Of a DNA stretch of 64,000 nucleotides, positions 27,958-38,669 are shown piece after piece. The notes under the pieces were generated by a model. The model was not told where the DNA came from, made no database searches, and was given only the letters and a program-made list of their open reading frames with translations. Position 1 is the first letter of the stretch. Every line of letters starts with the position of its first letter. The position numbers were made by a program, and so were the translations under genes. Origin of the DNA: Lepidodermella squamata (taxonomy: Eukaryota; Animalia; Gastrotricha); contig JBLDXI010000033.1 of assembly GCA_047495785.1 (NCBI GenBank), positions 2,873,809 to 2,937,808 of the forward strand, read 5' to 3'.

Positions 27958-30002
27958 ATGGTTAGTTTTGTAACATATTTTATTGTCATTACTTGAACAT
28001 GGCTTTGTTTTAGTCTCATCGTAAATATTGTGCCCCTCGCCATGGCTCTCTGGGTTTCCTCCCCAAGAAGCGAAGCCGCAGAATGCGTGGCAAATGCAAG
28101 GCTTTCCCTAAGGACGACCCCTCCAAGCCTGTTCATGTTACCGCTTTCATTGGCTTCAAGGCTGGTATGACTCATATCGTGCGTGATGTCGATCGAATTG
28201 GCTCAAGTAAGATTAATTAGTATGCCAGTAGCCAGTAGTAAAATGTCGGAAAATTATAATTTTAACGCAGAGGTCAACAAGAAGGAAGTTGTTGAAGCCG
28301 TTACCATTGTCGAAACTCCGCCCATGGTCTGCTGCGGTGTTGTTGGCTATATCGATACCCCGAAGGGTATGCGCATCTTCAAGACTGTCTGGGCTCACAA
28401 TCTGAGCGAAGAGTGCCGTCGCCGTTTCTACAAGAACTGGTATGATTAGAACGCAAATTGGTCTCAAGTTTTTGTTTACAGGATGTTCCAACAAGCCTCT
28501 AAGCTCGCAGATACTCACTTGTTCTTACTTTGTCTCCGCTGAACCGAATGGTTTATGAGACATTATGTTTTAAATGAGTGCACGTTTAGTTCAGTACATG
28601 AGCCTAACGCAGCGACGCGTTGGTTAATGATACTCAGAACCAGGGTGCACTCTTTAGTCGACATCAAACTTGATTGATCGGTGTCAGCCTGCAGTCAAAC
28701 AAAGCTTACTCTGAGTTTTACAAATTCTAAGGTACAAGTCAAAGAAAAAGGCGTTCACCAAGTACTCGAAGAAATGGAGCGACCCAGCTGGTCAAAAGGA
28801 GATCGAAAGTGACTTCCGCCGTATCGTCAAGTACTGCAAAGTCGTCCGCATTCTGGCGCACACTCAGGTTAGCGATGTTTACTTTTCTAGACTGAGTTCA
28901 TAAGCAAAAACAGCATTTGGTCCCAGAAATGCCGACAGGGTTTAGGTTGATTCGCCAAACACTGATGCTTTTCATTGTGGGTAGAATAAAGCCTTAGCCG
29001 AAATAAGGGTGCTTAATGAATCGGTTTGAGTTGCTTATTGACGTTAATGTATATTCTCTGAATTTACAGCCTAAACTGACTCCTCTGAAGCTCAAGAAGG
29101 CGCACATTATGGAAATCCAACTGAACGGTGGCACTATCGCTGATAAGGTCGCCTGGGCGCGGGAGCACTTCGAGAAGCCCATCACCATCAACCAGGTCTT
29201 CAATCAAGACGAGTGCATTGACACTATTGGTGTCACGAAGGGCCACGGAGTTCAAGGTAATTATTTTTTTCCGTTTGACTTTCGTTGGTAAAAATGATGA
29301 ACAGTGCTCAGAATTTTCATGTTGAAATTTAATGTTGCCTTCCTACTGATTTTCCTCCAAGTTCATTGAAGCTTAAATTTTGCACTTCGAAACTTCTATA
29401 ATTGTGTTTATGCTTATTAACTTAGGTGTCACGTCTCGCTGGGGTACTCGCAAGCTGCCTCGCAAAACTCACAAGGGTCTGCGCAAGGTCGCCTGTATTG
29501 GTGCCTGGCATCCTGCCCGTGTCTCGTGGGCTGTTGCTCGCGTCGGTCAAAAGGGCTACTTCCATCGCACGGAGATGAACAAGAAGATCTACCGCATTGG
29601 CAAGGGCTACTACAAAGAAGGCAACAAGGAAATTAAGGATAACGCCTCGACCGAACACGACAAGACTGAGAAGAGCATCACTCCCATGGGTGGTTTCCCA
29701 CGCTACGGTGAGGTCAAGAACGACTTCCTGATGCTGAAGGGTTGCATCATCGGTGTGCGCAAGCGCCCGATTACTCTTCGCAAGTCATTGGTTACTCCGA
29801 CCAAACGGTGGCAGAACGAGAAGATCACCCTTAAGTGGATCGATACTGCTTCCAAGTACGGTCATGGTCGCTTCCAGACGCACAAGGAGAAGATTTCCTT
29901 CATGGTTTGTTGAAACACTCTAGAATGATTTGCTTTGACCTTATCTTTTTTCTTATTCAGGGTCCGTTGAAGAAGGATTTGAAGGAACCTGGCGAGGCGT
30001 AA
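27958..30002 (+). CDS. RPL3: 60S ribosomal protein L3 (uL3); coding exons 27958-27960, 28014-28206, 28271-28439, 28732-28867, 29070-29256, 29426-29904, 29961-30002
   Basis: M|[20 protein letters not shown]...KAGMTH...[20 protein letters not shown]...GHGRFQT...GPLKKD; all introns GT-AG and frame intact. Confidence 0.98.
29287..29355 (+). ncRNA. SNORD83: Box C/D snoRNA, SNORD83/snR52-like (18S Am468-equivalent guide), intronic in RPL3
   Basis: C box ATGATGA 29294-29300, D box CTGA 29346-29349, guide TGTTGCCTTCCT complementary to 18S AGGAAGGCAGCA, short terminal stem. Confidence 0.85.
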
Positions 30003-30046
30003 ACTTTATGCTATTTACGATATTTTGTGAGAGATGCGAGGAAAGA

Positions 30047-30052
30047 AATAAA
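30047..30052 (+). terminator. RPL3 polyadenylation signal
   Basis: AATAAA 45 nt after the stop codon. Confidence 0.7.
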
Positions 30053-30649
30053 AATGATGCTAAATTGAGAATACGAAGGGACCTGTTACGTCCTTGTGTC
30101 ATTGAGCCACAATATTATTGCTAGGCGTATTTAATGAGGTATTCATCAGAAACTGCTGACGTCGATGAGGAGAAGCAACCAAAGGCAACTCATTCTGCTG
30201 TTTAAAATCGTCCCGTTGCATTTAAAAGGGGCCGCTATGTTTTTGTTACTGCTGCAATATAATATAGCAAATTTATATGGCCCAAAATGTATATCCTTAT
30301 ATTCCTCACAAAATGATCTCTCCAATGACGCAGGTTGTCTAAACTTCCGTGTTCATTCAAACCTTGATTTTGTTTTTATGGTGTTTCTTTTATATTATCG
30401 CCATAGTGACAGTATTTCTATTGTACGATGGAAACGAAACGATCTCAAGTCTAGTTGTATGTGTTCGGTTTGTTAATATAACAACGACATCTCGAAATTG
30501 CCCAACTGTAATTGAAGTGTTGACAAAAGGAAAGCAATGTGGGACATCTCTGTTTGTGATGAAGTTGCTGAAATTTCTGTTTCTCTTCCACATCTACGCT
30601 TCCTTTCTCTCTATGTTCCTTCTACTCTTCCACTCTTTTTCTTCGTTTC

Positions 30650-31380
30650 TATCCTTGTATAGAAAACATGTTTGGAGTTAGTGACGCGAGCCAATCAGCT
30701 TTCGACAAATTTCAATTCCGACATTTTGAAGATGCACTTTTCATTCTTTTCTTCCGCATTTTAAGAATTAATTAATTTTTTATATGGCTCAGAATTCAGG
30801 AACACCTTTCTTGCACGACTGACTAAACAAACCGTGGTTCCGCACGAACTGAAGTTGAGTTCGGTCATTCCAGCTAATTTCGTCAGCCTGCGAAAAGCTA
30901 AATCTTCAATAAATTTCAAGTGAAAAGGTCGTGCGGCCAAGTTTCATCCCGTTTCTTCCTGGTCGTTTATGCCAGCATAGAACAAAGTGATGCCATCGGT
31001 TTTCTACCGGGGTTTATATCATCGGAAGAGAATTATACGGTGTGTTTTCTGGTTTATAATTTTTGTAATTAAAAAACCGAGAAAAATCGCGTCTTGATAG
31101 CGTGCGCCGGAAAGAACAAGTCGATGCTATCTTTTAAAGGTCGGCAATCTGCGGAATGTAGACCACGCAGAACGGCAGAACTGCGGCCGGTGGTTACGCC
31201 ATGCCGATTGATTGAATGATTGGTGGACGTGTATGAGTGATTTTTGGTTCGTTTAAGGCGAATTCTGAAAAATAAGTGCGACTTAATTTCTGCGAGTAGA
31301 AACTTTCTTGCTTATGGTTGGCCGAGGTCGACGGTCCTTAGATAAACTCGTGCTTCTGAATTCGCTGAAGTACCCGTTCC
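30650..31380. repeat. Subtelomeric repeat module; second copy at ~36252-38045 contains the tRNA cassette
   Basis: Shared blocks CCTTGTATAGAAAACAT..TGACGCGAGCCAATCAGCTTTCGACAAATTTCAATTC, TGGCTCAGAAT..GAACTGAAGTT, GGTCCTTAGATAAA..CTCGTGCT. Confidence 0.8.
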
Positions 31381-32106
31381 GATTCACCAACATAGATGTA
31401 ACTTCGTCCCATTGAATTGCTGTGGATATGAAAGATGCTATTTCCGCAGTTGACTTAGATTAGGCCGAGGAATTTAGTTTATTCTCAACCTGGAATTTCC
31501 TGATGGCGGGATCCGTTATCTTAATTAATTTATTTCTTTAGTTCTTGATCTTTTTACATCTTACTATCGGCATGCGCCAAGACAGTCTTCGTGCTATCAA
31601 CGAAATCACCGATATACGGTAGTAGAAGAAAACCCATAATACTTAATTTTATTATAATTGTTCATTTTTATATACTGTAGATCTCAATTCACAACTTGAG
31701 CCAGCTGATTGACTTTCGGCGCGTTGTGTGGCAAGAAACAAGCCACAAGACGGCGAACATCAGGAGCGCTGGCGAGATAAGCGGCCGATATAATGTGAAA
31801 TGTGAATAGCCTCGCGTTGACGATGGGCAAAGCAAAAGGGACCAACACCTCGTGCCTCCTTGCGAAAGTAGGTTGCAACGTGGCGTAACCCGGCCGGTTC
31901 GTCGGTGTTTTTATCTTCCAGCGAAAGCGTTTTTTTGGTGATGAGGCGAACCAGGCGGCGAGAAAAAATGCGCCTAAGCAGCCTTGGTGTAATCTTTTCT
32001 TGAATTATTCTTGAGTGACGGCAGCTGAAACGTTTCTGCAGCAGGAGACAGCGCGGTAGTCTGCAATACTGGATTTTGCTTCAATCATGTCGCGTTTTTG
32101 TCCACG

Positions 32107-33550
32107 CTATTTCTCCAACAGATGCCAACGTATTGGAAGCTCGGTCTACCTACCTGTGGCCTACGGCGTGCCGCAAGGTAGTGCCATTGGTCCGGTTCTG
32201 TTTCTGCTGTACGTGGCAGATCTACCCGCTGCGATGTCACCCAATGCCACCCTGTACCAGTTCGCTGATGACGTCGCGCTCGTTGTCTCTGCCAAAACTC
32301 GCGACCAACTCGAGGCGGCTATGCAGCGTGAGCTGGACACTGTCGACCGATGGATGAAGGCAAATCGACTAGCCCTCGCTGCCAACAAAAGCCAGGTGAT
32401 GTCGATCGCCTACAATACTACTTCCGAACCCATCGATGTTTCGTTAAACGGGCAAAAAATCGAACCGGTGGACCAAGTCAAATACCTCGGTTTCATCATC
32501 GATTCCCGCCTGTGTTGGTCATCACACATCGATCTAATCGCGAAACGTGTCTCATGGAGAATCAGCCAGTTTTACCAACTACGACGCTTTCTATCAAAGA
32601 AGCAATTGCGAAACGTATACTGCGCTGTGATCCAGCCCTACTTCGACCGCGGCGACAAGGTCTGGAGCACCACCACCAAGGGCAACCTCGACCGTCTTCA
32701 GCGTCTTCAAAACCGAGCCTGCCGTGTGATATGCGGCGTTCGTCTACGCGACAGAAAACGAAGCGAAGAACTGCGGAACAGCCTGAAGCTCGACGATCTA
32801 GCTACTCGGCGCCGCAAGCGATACTCCGCCTTCGTGAAGAAGCTCCAAGTCAGCGGGCATAAAGTCGCCGGAAAATTTGCCATGCCATCACTGCGACCTG
32901 AATCTCGGCATCAAGCGCCACTACTACCTTCCACCTCCACATCTGCCGGCCAGCTGACGGTCCGATTTCGGGGGACAGCGCTGATACGAGACGAGCACGG
33001 CATGCAGAACGTACGAAAGCTAATGAACAGTTTTGTGAGAGGCGCCTTATAACTACCTCGTGTTTTTCTACTATCTTTTCTCCTGATTACCTATATAGCA
33101 CCTTAGTCTATGTTTCTCTTCTTTTCTTGTCACTATGGTTTCAGAGAGATCAGCTGATGGAGAGTGTTTACGCAAACTTCTTGTTTGTTTTGGGCGTATA
33201 ACGGCAAATCCGTCGCCTTCGCTTCTCATTTCCAACTACGAGTAGACTAGTAAACCAGCGGCGTCGACTGATTGTTTCTTTCCAGCGTGACTATGAAAAG
33301 TGTCCACTTTAGTGATTGTTGTTAGCTATTAGTTTCAGTACTCCTCTGTTTTCATGTCCTAACTAATTATATTTATGTCTGTGAATTAATGCCTGTGAAA
33401 ATTTGTCTATTTCTACCCAGATACCTATATTTGTCAGATTTTTCTCTCTACAATTTTCATGATTTCTATTTCTATGTCTAAATGTCCTGTGTGCGTGTGT
33501 GTGTCAAAAGTTGTCAACAAACTTACCGCAATAAAACTTTGAACTTTGAA
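32107..33550 (+). mobile_element. 5'-truncated L2/CR1-clade LINE with CCACG target-site duplication
   Basis: Open RT ORF (GVPQGSAIGP, FADD, KYLG, RLQRLQNRACRVI), 3'UTR with AATAAA and (ACTTTGA)2 tail; CCACG at 32102-32106 and 33551-33555; empty site near 62249. Confidence 0.9.
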
Positions 33551-34059
33551 CCACGAACTTTTTCGTCCAGCCTCCCGATTCGAACATTTCACATTTTGCC
33601 AGCGCAGGACATTTTGATCGTTCGCCCTCGACCTGACCGAAACAACTGCGCAGATTCGGCGTTGTGGCGGTGTGGCGAATTGAGCATTTTGTGTCTTTGC
33701 CAATTTTATTGTTTTGACGTCGTTACGCGAAACAATTCTCCAAATCATCGAGCTGCAAAATCAACTAGAAGGCGAATTTTGTTCTTGTGAGAGTTTCTAG
33801 TTGATTTTGAATTGTCATGTACCTTTTATATGTGAAACTTTGGTACGATACTCGCGTTTTTCATCTCTTGGCTTCCGGTTTCTATGAAATTACAACGCCG
33901 CGCAGCTGGTTAAAACTATTCTCGCGCGCACTTATTACTAATCGCGCAACTTATTGACTTATTGTTATCCCTTGCGCAAACATCGACGATCGACGCACTA
34001 GCTGTTACGCGCCTAAATAAACAAAGATGTTGACGCTCAGAAATTTCGGCACATTGTGA

Positions 34060-35025
34060 CGGATAAAATTTTAATATGGAAATTGAACAGAACAACCAGA
34101 TCGCTCTCTGCGGTGCTCTCGTGAAGACAACTGGGTCGGTTCTGAAGACTGAGGTGTACCACAAACCAACGGACACCGGGCTGTTGTTGCACTTTCAGAG
34201 TCACACCGACACCAAGTATAAGACGTGCCTCATCAAGACCATGCTGTATCGCGCCTACCGGCTTAACAGTGAATGGCTCGGATTCAACAGGGAAGTTGAT
34301 CATCTGCGTAAAACCTTTTAGAATCTTCAATACCCTTTAGCCATGTTTGAGAAGCTGTTGGCATCATTTGTTGACAAGGTTGACCAATGGTATAAAAACT
34401 GAGGAAACGAAGACCGAACCTGTACGCTTTGTGTTACCCTACAAAGACGGGAAAAGTGCTCGACAAGTCAAGATGAGACTCAATGATCTTTCTGGAAAAC
34501 TCCGGGGGGCTGTTCAAGCCATGTTCACAAGCCGGAAAATCAACGAAAATTTCTGAGCGAAGGAGATCAAGCCCGAACTCGTAAACCGCCAGTGCGTCGT
34601 ATATCGTTTTTCATGTCGCCAGTGTGACGCTGGCTATGTTGAGATGACCACACGGCACCTACATCAACGGGTCGAAGAACACAAGCTCGTTTCGAGTTCA
34701 AGTGGCAAACATCTGGCCACACACAAACTGCCTGACAGCTTTGACATCAATGCTCACTTCAAAGTATTACGCAAGTGCAGCAACAGGTGGGACTGCTTGG
34801 TCCACGAAAGTCTACTCATCAAGCAGAAAAAGATTGCTGTGAGCTTCAACGTGCAGTCCGACTCAATAAAATTAAAGCTATTTTGACAGTTTCTATTTTC
34901 ATCCTGATACCTTGTTGTGCTTTCGTTCTTTTCCTGTAATGATTTCTTGTTGTGTTTTCTTTTGTTGTAGCCTGATGATGGTCCGCGCAAGGAACGAAAC
35001 GTCGCCCGTTATAAATAATAAAGTT
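34060..35025 (+). mobile_element. Penelope-like element 3' part (RT C-terminus + GIY-YIG endonuclease + pseudo-LTR), degraded
   Basis: VYHKPTDTGLLLHFQSH, VVYRFSCRQCDAGYVEMTTRHLHQRVEEH, ESLLIKQ; stops and frameshifts. Confidence 0.88.
34968..35006 (+). ncRNA. Minimal type I hammerhead ribozyme of the Penelope pseudo-LTR (degenerate)
   Basis: AGC-CTGATGA-T-GGTCC gcgcaa GGAAC-GAAACGTC-GC: both core boxes and a GUC cleavage triplet; mismatches in stems I and II. Confidence 0.7.
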
Positions 35026-35311
35026 GTAATCAGAAGCAACTTGCGGTCGCTTTCTTTTTTGGTTATTCATTAGCGAGAAATGTGCATTATATTCCGAATC
35101 TATCCGCAAATCTCTTAAGTGTAACTCAGCTCGTGTTATCAGGAAAGAAAGTTGAATTTGAAGGTAGACACGGTAGCGTGGTTGATAGGTGAGGAATCCA
35201 TGGTCTTGGCGGATTTGATCGGCAAGCTTTGGAATTTGCGTGGCGTACCGGTCGCCAGCGCGACGCCATCTACTTCTTCGACCAGCTTCCCTTCTTCTCC
35301 TGACTGCTTGC

Positions 35312-36000
35312 TTCTTCTCAAAAGCATTAGGTTTCAACTGTGTCTTCACCGTCTATTGCTCGGGTTTTCAATTTTTATACAATGAACTCATTGGAATTTC
35401 ATCGATTTCTTAGCCAATATGACTGGAACTATATATCATTGAAAACACACCTTCCACAGATGTGTGCTACATGCGTCTTCTCAGAATTATATACCTGCGT
35501 TTCTTTCTGTTTGCGCCTCGACGAAAACATCGCAGTGCGAAGAGTGCTCCGTGGATGAATTTTGACTTGCGCGGTCGGCTGAGAAATCTGCGTAAATTGT
35601 CCTCTAAATTGAACAGTTCTGGAGTTTTGCCATCAGCAAATTCGACATATCGTGCTGCTAGAAGCTCCTATCAAAAGGCCTATCGAATTGAAAAGGAAAA
35701 ATTTGAGAATGCCACTATTTCCGATCGCTCTCTGAGCTTGTTCTAATCTTATGTTTATACTCGGTTCAAATCACGTTCTGCGATACCGCCCTTGCTTCAT
35801 AATAAGGCTTATTATGAAAATTAGATGTGCACAAAACAAATATCTTGTGAAATGTTTTCTCGGATGCTTATAACAAAAAATCACTGAAGTATGAAGCGAA
35901 ATTCCGATCACTCGATGACTGCCTTCAGGATATAACCTTCAGGATCGTGTCTTGTACTTCATCGCTTCATCGCTTCATCGCTTCAACTCGCGAGCGTTCA
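35312..36000 (+). mobile_element. LINE ORF2-like fragment nested in copia; same insert at ~60580-61260 (-)
   Basis: YDW...APWMN..LR..LRKL..YRAARSSYQK linker-like region; absent from the copia copy at ~44135. Confidence 0.6.
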
Positions 36001-36495
36001 AAAAGTGGCATTAACGTTTAGTGCGCTTGAATGTGAATGAAGTCAAACGCATGGCCTCTCACGGTTTAATTAAAAAAATCTTCTCAGTATGTCTGTGAGA
36101 GCACTGAGCCGCGGTGTTCTCGATTTAGTTCATACTGATTTGGCAGGTCGTGAGCCGACTGTACCTGCTGTCATTCAAAGATGATTATTCTTCCTACTGT
36201 TTAGGTTTCCACTTGTTACAACGTTTTATTTCTTCTACGATCATCTCTTATAGCCTTGTATAGAAAACATAATTCGAGTCACTGACGCGAGCCAATCAGC
36301 TTTCGACAAATTTCAATTCGGAAATTTGGAAGATGCCGTAGTGGAACCAGTGAATCCACAATTATCTGATTGGTCGGGTGGCTTCAAGTCTGTGATTGGT
36401 TGGTTCAAAGAGCACGCGACACACATGGTTCGAGGGGTTGGTTTAATTTTTTTTCTGCGATCATGAAATTTGAAATGTAGCGGTAAGTGCCATCC

Positions 36496-36568
36496 GCCGA
36501 GATAGCTCAGTTGGGAGAGCGTTCGACTGAAGATCTAAAGGTCCCTGGTTCGATCCCGGGTCTCGGCG
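36496..36568 (+). tRNA. tRNA-Phe(GAA) with an anticodon-stem mismatch
   Basis: GCCGAGATAGCTCAGTTGGGAGAGCG TTCGA CTGAAGA TCTAA..GGTTCGATCCCGGGTCTCGGCG followed by a T-run. Confidence 0.85.
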
Positions 36569-36637
36569 TACTTTTTTACGCCGCCTTTGGCCTATCCTAA
36601 TTGCCATGTTAGAAACCCGCGGGGGTTTTCTATCGCA

Positions 36638-36709
36638 GGCCCGTTGGTCTAGGAGTATGATTCTCGCTTCGGGTGCGAGAGATCTCGGGTTCAATTCCCG
36701 AACGTGCCC
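36638..36709 (+). tRNA. tRNA-Pro(CGG) with an acceptor-stem mismatch
   Basis: GGCCCGTTGGTCTAGGAGTATGATTCTCGCTTCGGGTGCGAGAG..GGTTCAATTCCCGAACGTGCCC. Confidence 0.85.
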
Positions 36710-36785
36710 ACTCGTTTTTTCTTCATTTGAATTTCAACAAGGTATTGAAAATTTATCACATAATCCAGGCATTTAATTTCATATC

Positions 36786-36857
36786 TCCCTGGTGGTCTAG
36801 TGGTTAGGATCCCGCGCTTTCACCGCGGCGACCCGGGTTCGATTCCCGGTCAAGGAA
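36786..36857 (+). tRNA. tRNA-Glu(TTC) with an acceptor-stem C-A mismatch
   Basis: TCCCTGGTGGTCTAGTGGTTAGGATCCCGCGCTTTCACCGCGG..GGTTCGATTCCCGGTCAAGGAA. Confidence 0.85.
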
Positions 36858-36911
36858 AGTTTTGCTTTGAAATGAGTTTTTTGCAAAAATCACTGCTTAT
36901 TGCTTATCGCA

Positions 36912-36984
36912 AAAAATCTCAGGGGAATCGAACCTTCAATCTTCTGCTAACTGGGCAGACACTGTATCACTAAGCTACTTTCCC
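36912..36984 (-). pseudogene. tRNA pseudogene, Thr(AGT)-like
   Basis: Minus strand: GTAGCTTAGTGAT (A box), TCTGC-CCAGTTA-GCAGA arm, GGTTCGATTCC (B box); acceptor stem unpaired. Confidence 0.55.
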
Positions 36985-37055
36985 TTTTGGCTTGGATGGC
37001 CATTCAGTCCTAAATTTAAGCTGCCGAAGCAAACGATTCGTGGCAATAAATCTTT

Positions 37056-37128
37056 TGTAGGATACGAGTGCCGATCCTTTTGCCTCTCGCATGTTAAGCG
37101 AGTGCTCTACCATTTGAGCTAATACCCC
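37056..37128 (-). pseudogene. tRNA-Ala-body pseudogene with anticodon changed AGC>AAC and broken T-arm
   Basis: Minus strand: GGGGTATTAGCTCAAATGGTAGAGCACTCGC-TTAACAT-GCGAGAGG..GATCG. Confidence 0.75.
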
Positions 37129-37243
37129 ATGTATTTGAGTCAATATTAAAAAAAAGCATTCTCAACAATAACGTAAAACCAGCAGTAAGTTTTTGAAAAG
37201 CTGGCGCCCTTCGGGAGACTTGAACCACAGAAACTGCGATTAA

Positions 37244-37283
37244 CTGCTCACGGGAGACCAGGGTTCGATTCCCTGCCAAGGAG
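37244..37283 (+). pseudogene. 3' half of a tRNA-Asp-like gene
   Basis: GGGAGACCAGGGTTCGATTCCCTGCCAAGGAG followed by a T-run; no 5' half. Confidence 0.5.
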
Positions 37284-37340
37284 CTAGCTTTTTCCTCGAT
37301 TTTAAAGCTGAACTATGCGTATTGGCCAAAAATGTACAAC

Positions 37341-37413
37341 CGCCCGATGTGGGGCTCGAACCCACGACCCTGGAATTAAGAGTCCCATGCTCTACCGACT
37401 GAGCCAACCGGGC
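37341..37413 (-). tRNA. tRNA-Lys(CTT)
   Basis: Minus strand: GCCCGGTTGGCTCAGTCGGTAGAGCATGGGACTCTTAATTCCAGGGTCGTGGGTTCGAGCCCCACATCGGGCG. Confidence 0.92.
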
Positions 37414-38261
37414 TGAGACTGAGTAGTGTACTGCTACATTTTATATTTCCTTACTGGCACTTATCATTGCAACCTTTTCTTTCATATTTAAGAATTAGTC
37501 ATCTTGTTTGGCTCAGAATGCCGGAACTCTTTTTTGCACGATTGACGAAAAAATGGTGGTTCAGCAGGAACTGAAGTTTAGTTCGGTGAAAATTGGTCCT
37601 CATTTCAAAATTTTGTTGACAATTTGATCAGTTGTTGACTAGGTATCAAGTGGTGACCAATGAAAACTATTTTCAATATTTGCACAGAATTTGGCATGCA
37701 TGGGTTTTTTTACGTGAATTGGTAGACATTATCTTTCGTGCGTAATCTTTCGTGATCGCGATGTAGCCCTATTTGTTGTCAAAGTTGAGCAGTGCGCCGG
37801 AAGCAACAAGTTGATTCTATCTTTTTAAGATCAGCGATCTGCGCAATGGCGATGAAGTAGCTCGGCAGAACAGGGCGACTGCGCCTTATTGTCGTCCGGC
37901 TTAACGCGAAACTACTGTATATTGTTTATTTTGCCTGATCGTTTGACGTCATGTCGATTGATTGGCTGGCCGAGTTCGGCGGTCCTTAGATAAAACTCGT
38001 GCTACTGAATTCGCCCGTTCTACCAGTGTAAGTACCCGTTCCGCAGTGCTCCAAAAAGTGGTTTTCTGTCTCGTAATCTGTACTAAGCCTTGGATAAAAC
38101 TGTCTCTTGTCTGCCATTATATAAACATGGCAAAGTGAAAGATTTGTCTCTTTACTTGTCTCTTTCTCGCGTATCGCCAACAAATAGCGATAAAAAATTT
38201 CGTAAAATTGAATACATGCTAGTTAAGGATTAAGGAACGAGGATTGAAAACTTAGATTAAA

Positions 38262-38669
38262 CGGTTGTGTGCGAAAAGAGCAAGCGAAATAAGAGCAATG
38301 ATATGAGAGCAATGACAAAAGAGCAAAACGAAATAAGAGCAACGAGATAAGAGCAGAACGACGAAAGAGCAATTATTAATGATAAATCACGAAAAAATAG
38401 TGGCACGCGATCATATATTTTTCCGCATCATTATCAAGTGATTAGCGGAGCGGTTAAACAGCAATTCGAGCTACTTGAAGGGTCGAGATTCACTTGTCTG
38501 TTCAAAGAAAAAAAACAAGTCGCGTGCCACTATTTTTTTCTTGATTTATCATTAATAATTGCTCTTTCGTCGTTCTGCTCTTATCTCGTTGCTCTTATTT
38601 CGTTTTGCTCTTATGTCATTGCTCTCATATCATTGCTCTTATTTCGCTTGCTCTTTTCGCACACAACCG
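38262..38669. mobile_element. Foldback MITE with ~150-bp modular TIRs and a 6-bp TSD (ATTAAA)
   Basis: 38262-38411 is a near-perfect reverse complement of 38520-38669; ~15-bp AAGAGCA subrepeats; ATTAAA at 38256-38261 and 38670-38675. Confidence 0.9.

Larger units (their letters stand above)
32028..36250 (+). mobile_element. Decayed Ty1/copia-like element, copy A, with nested L2/CR1, Penelope and LINE insertions
   Basis: Homologous to 60270-62327 (-) and 43262-44460 (+); YIPNLSANLLSVTQL and LVHTDLAG..LSFKDDYS remnants. Confidence 0.75.
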
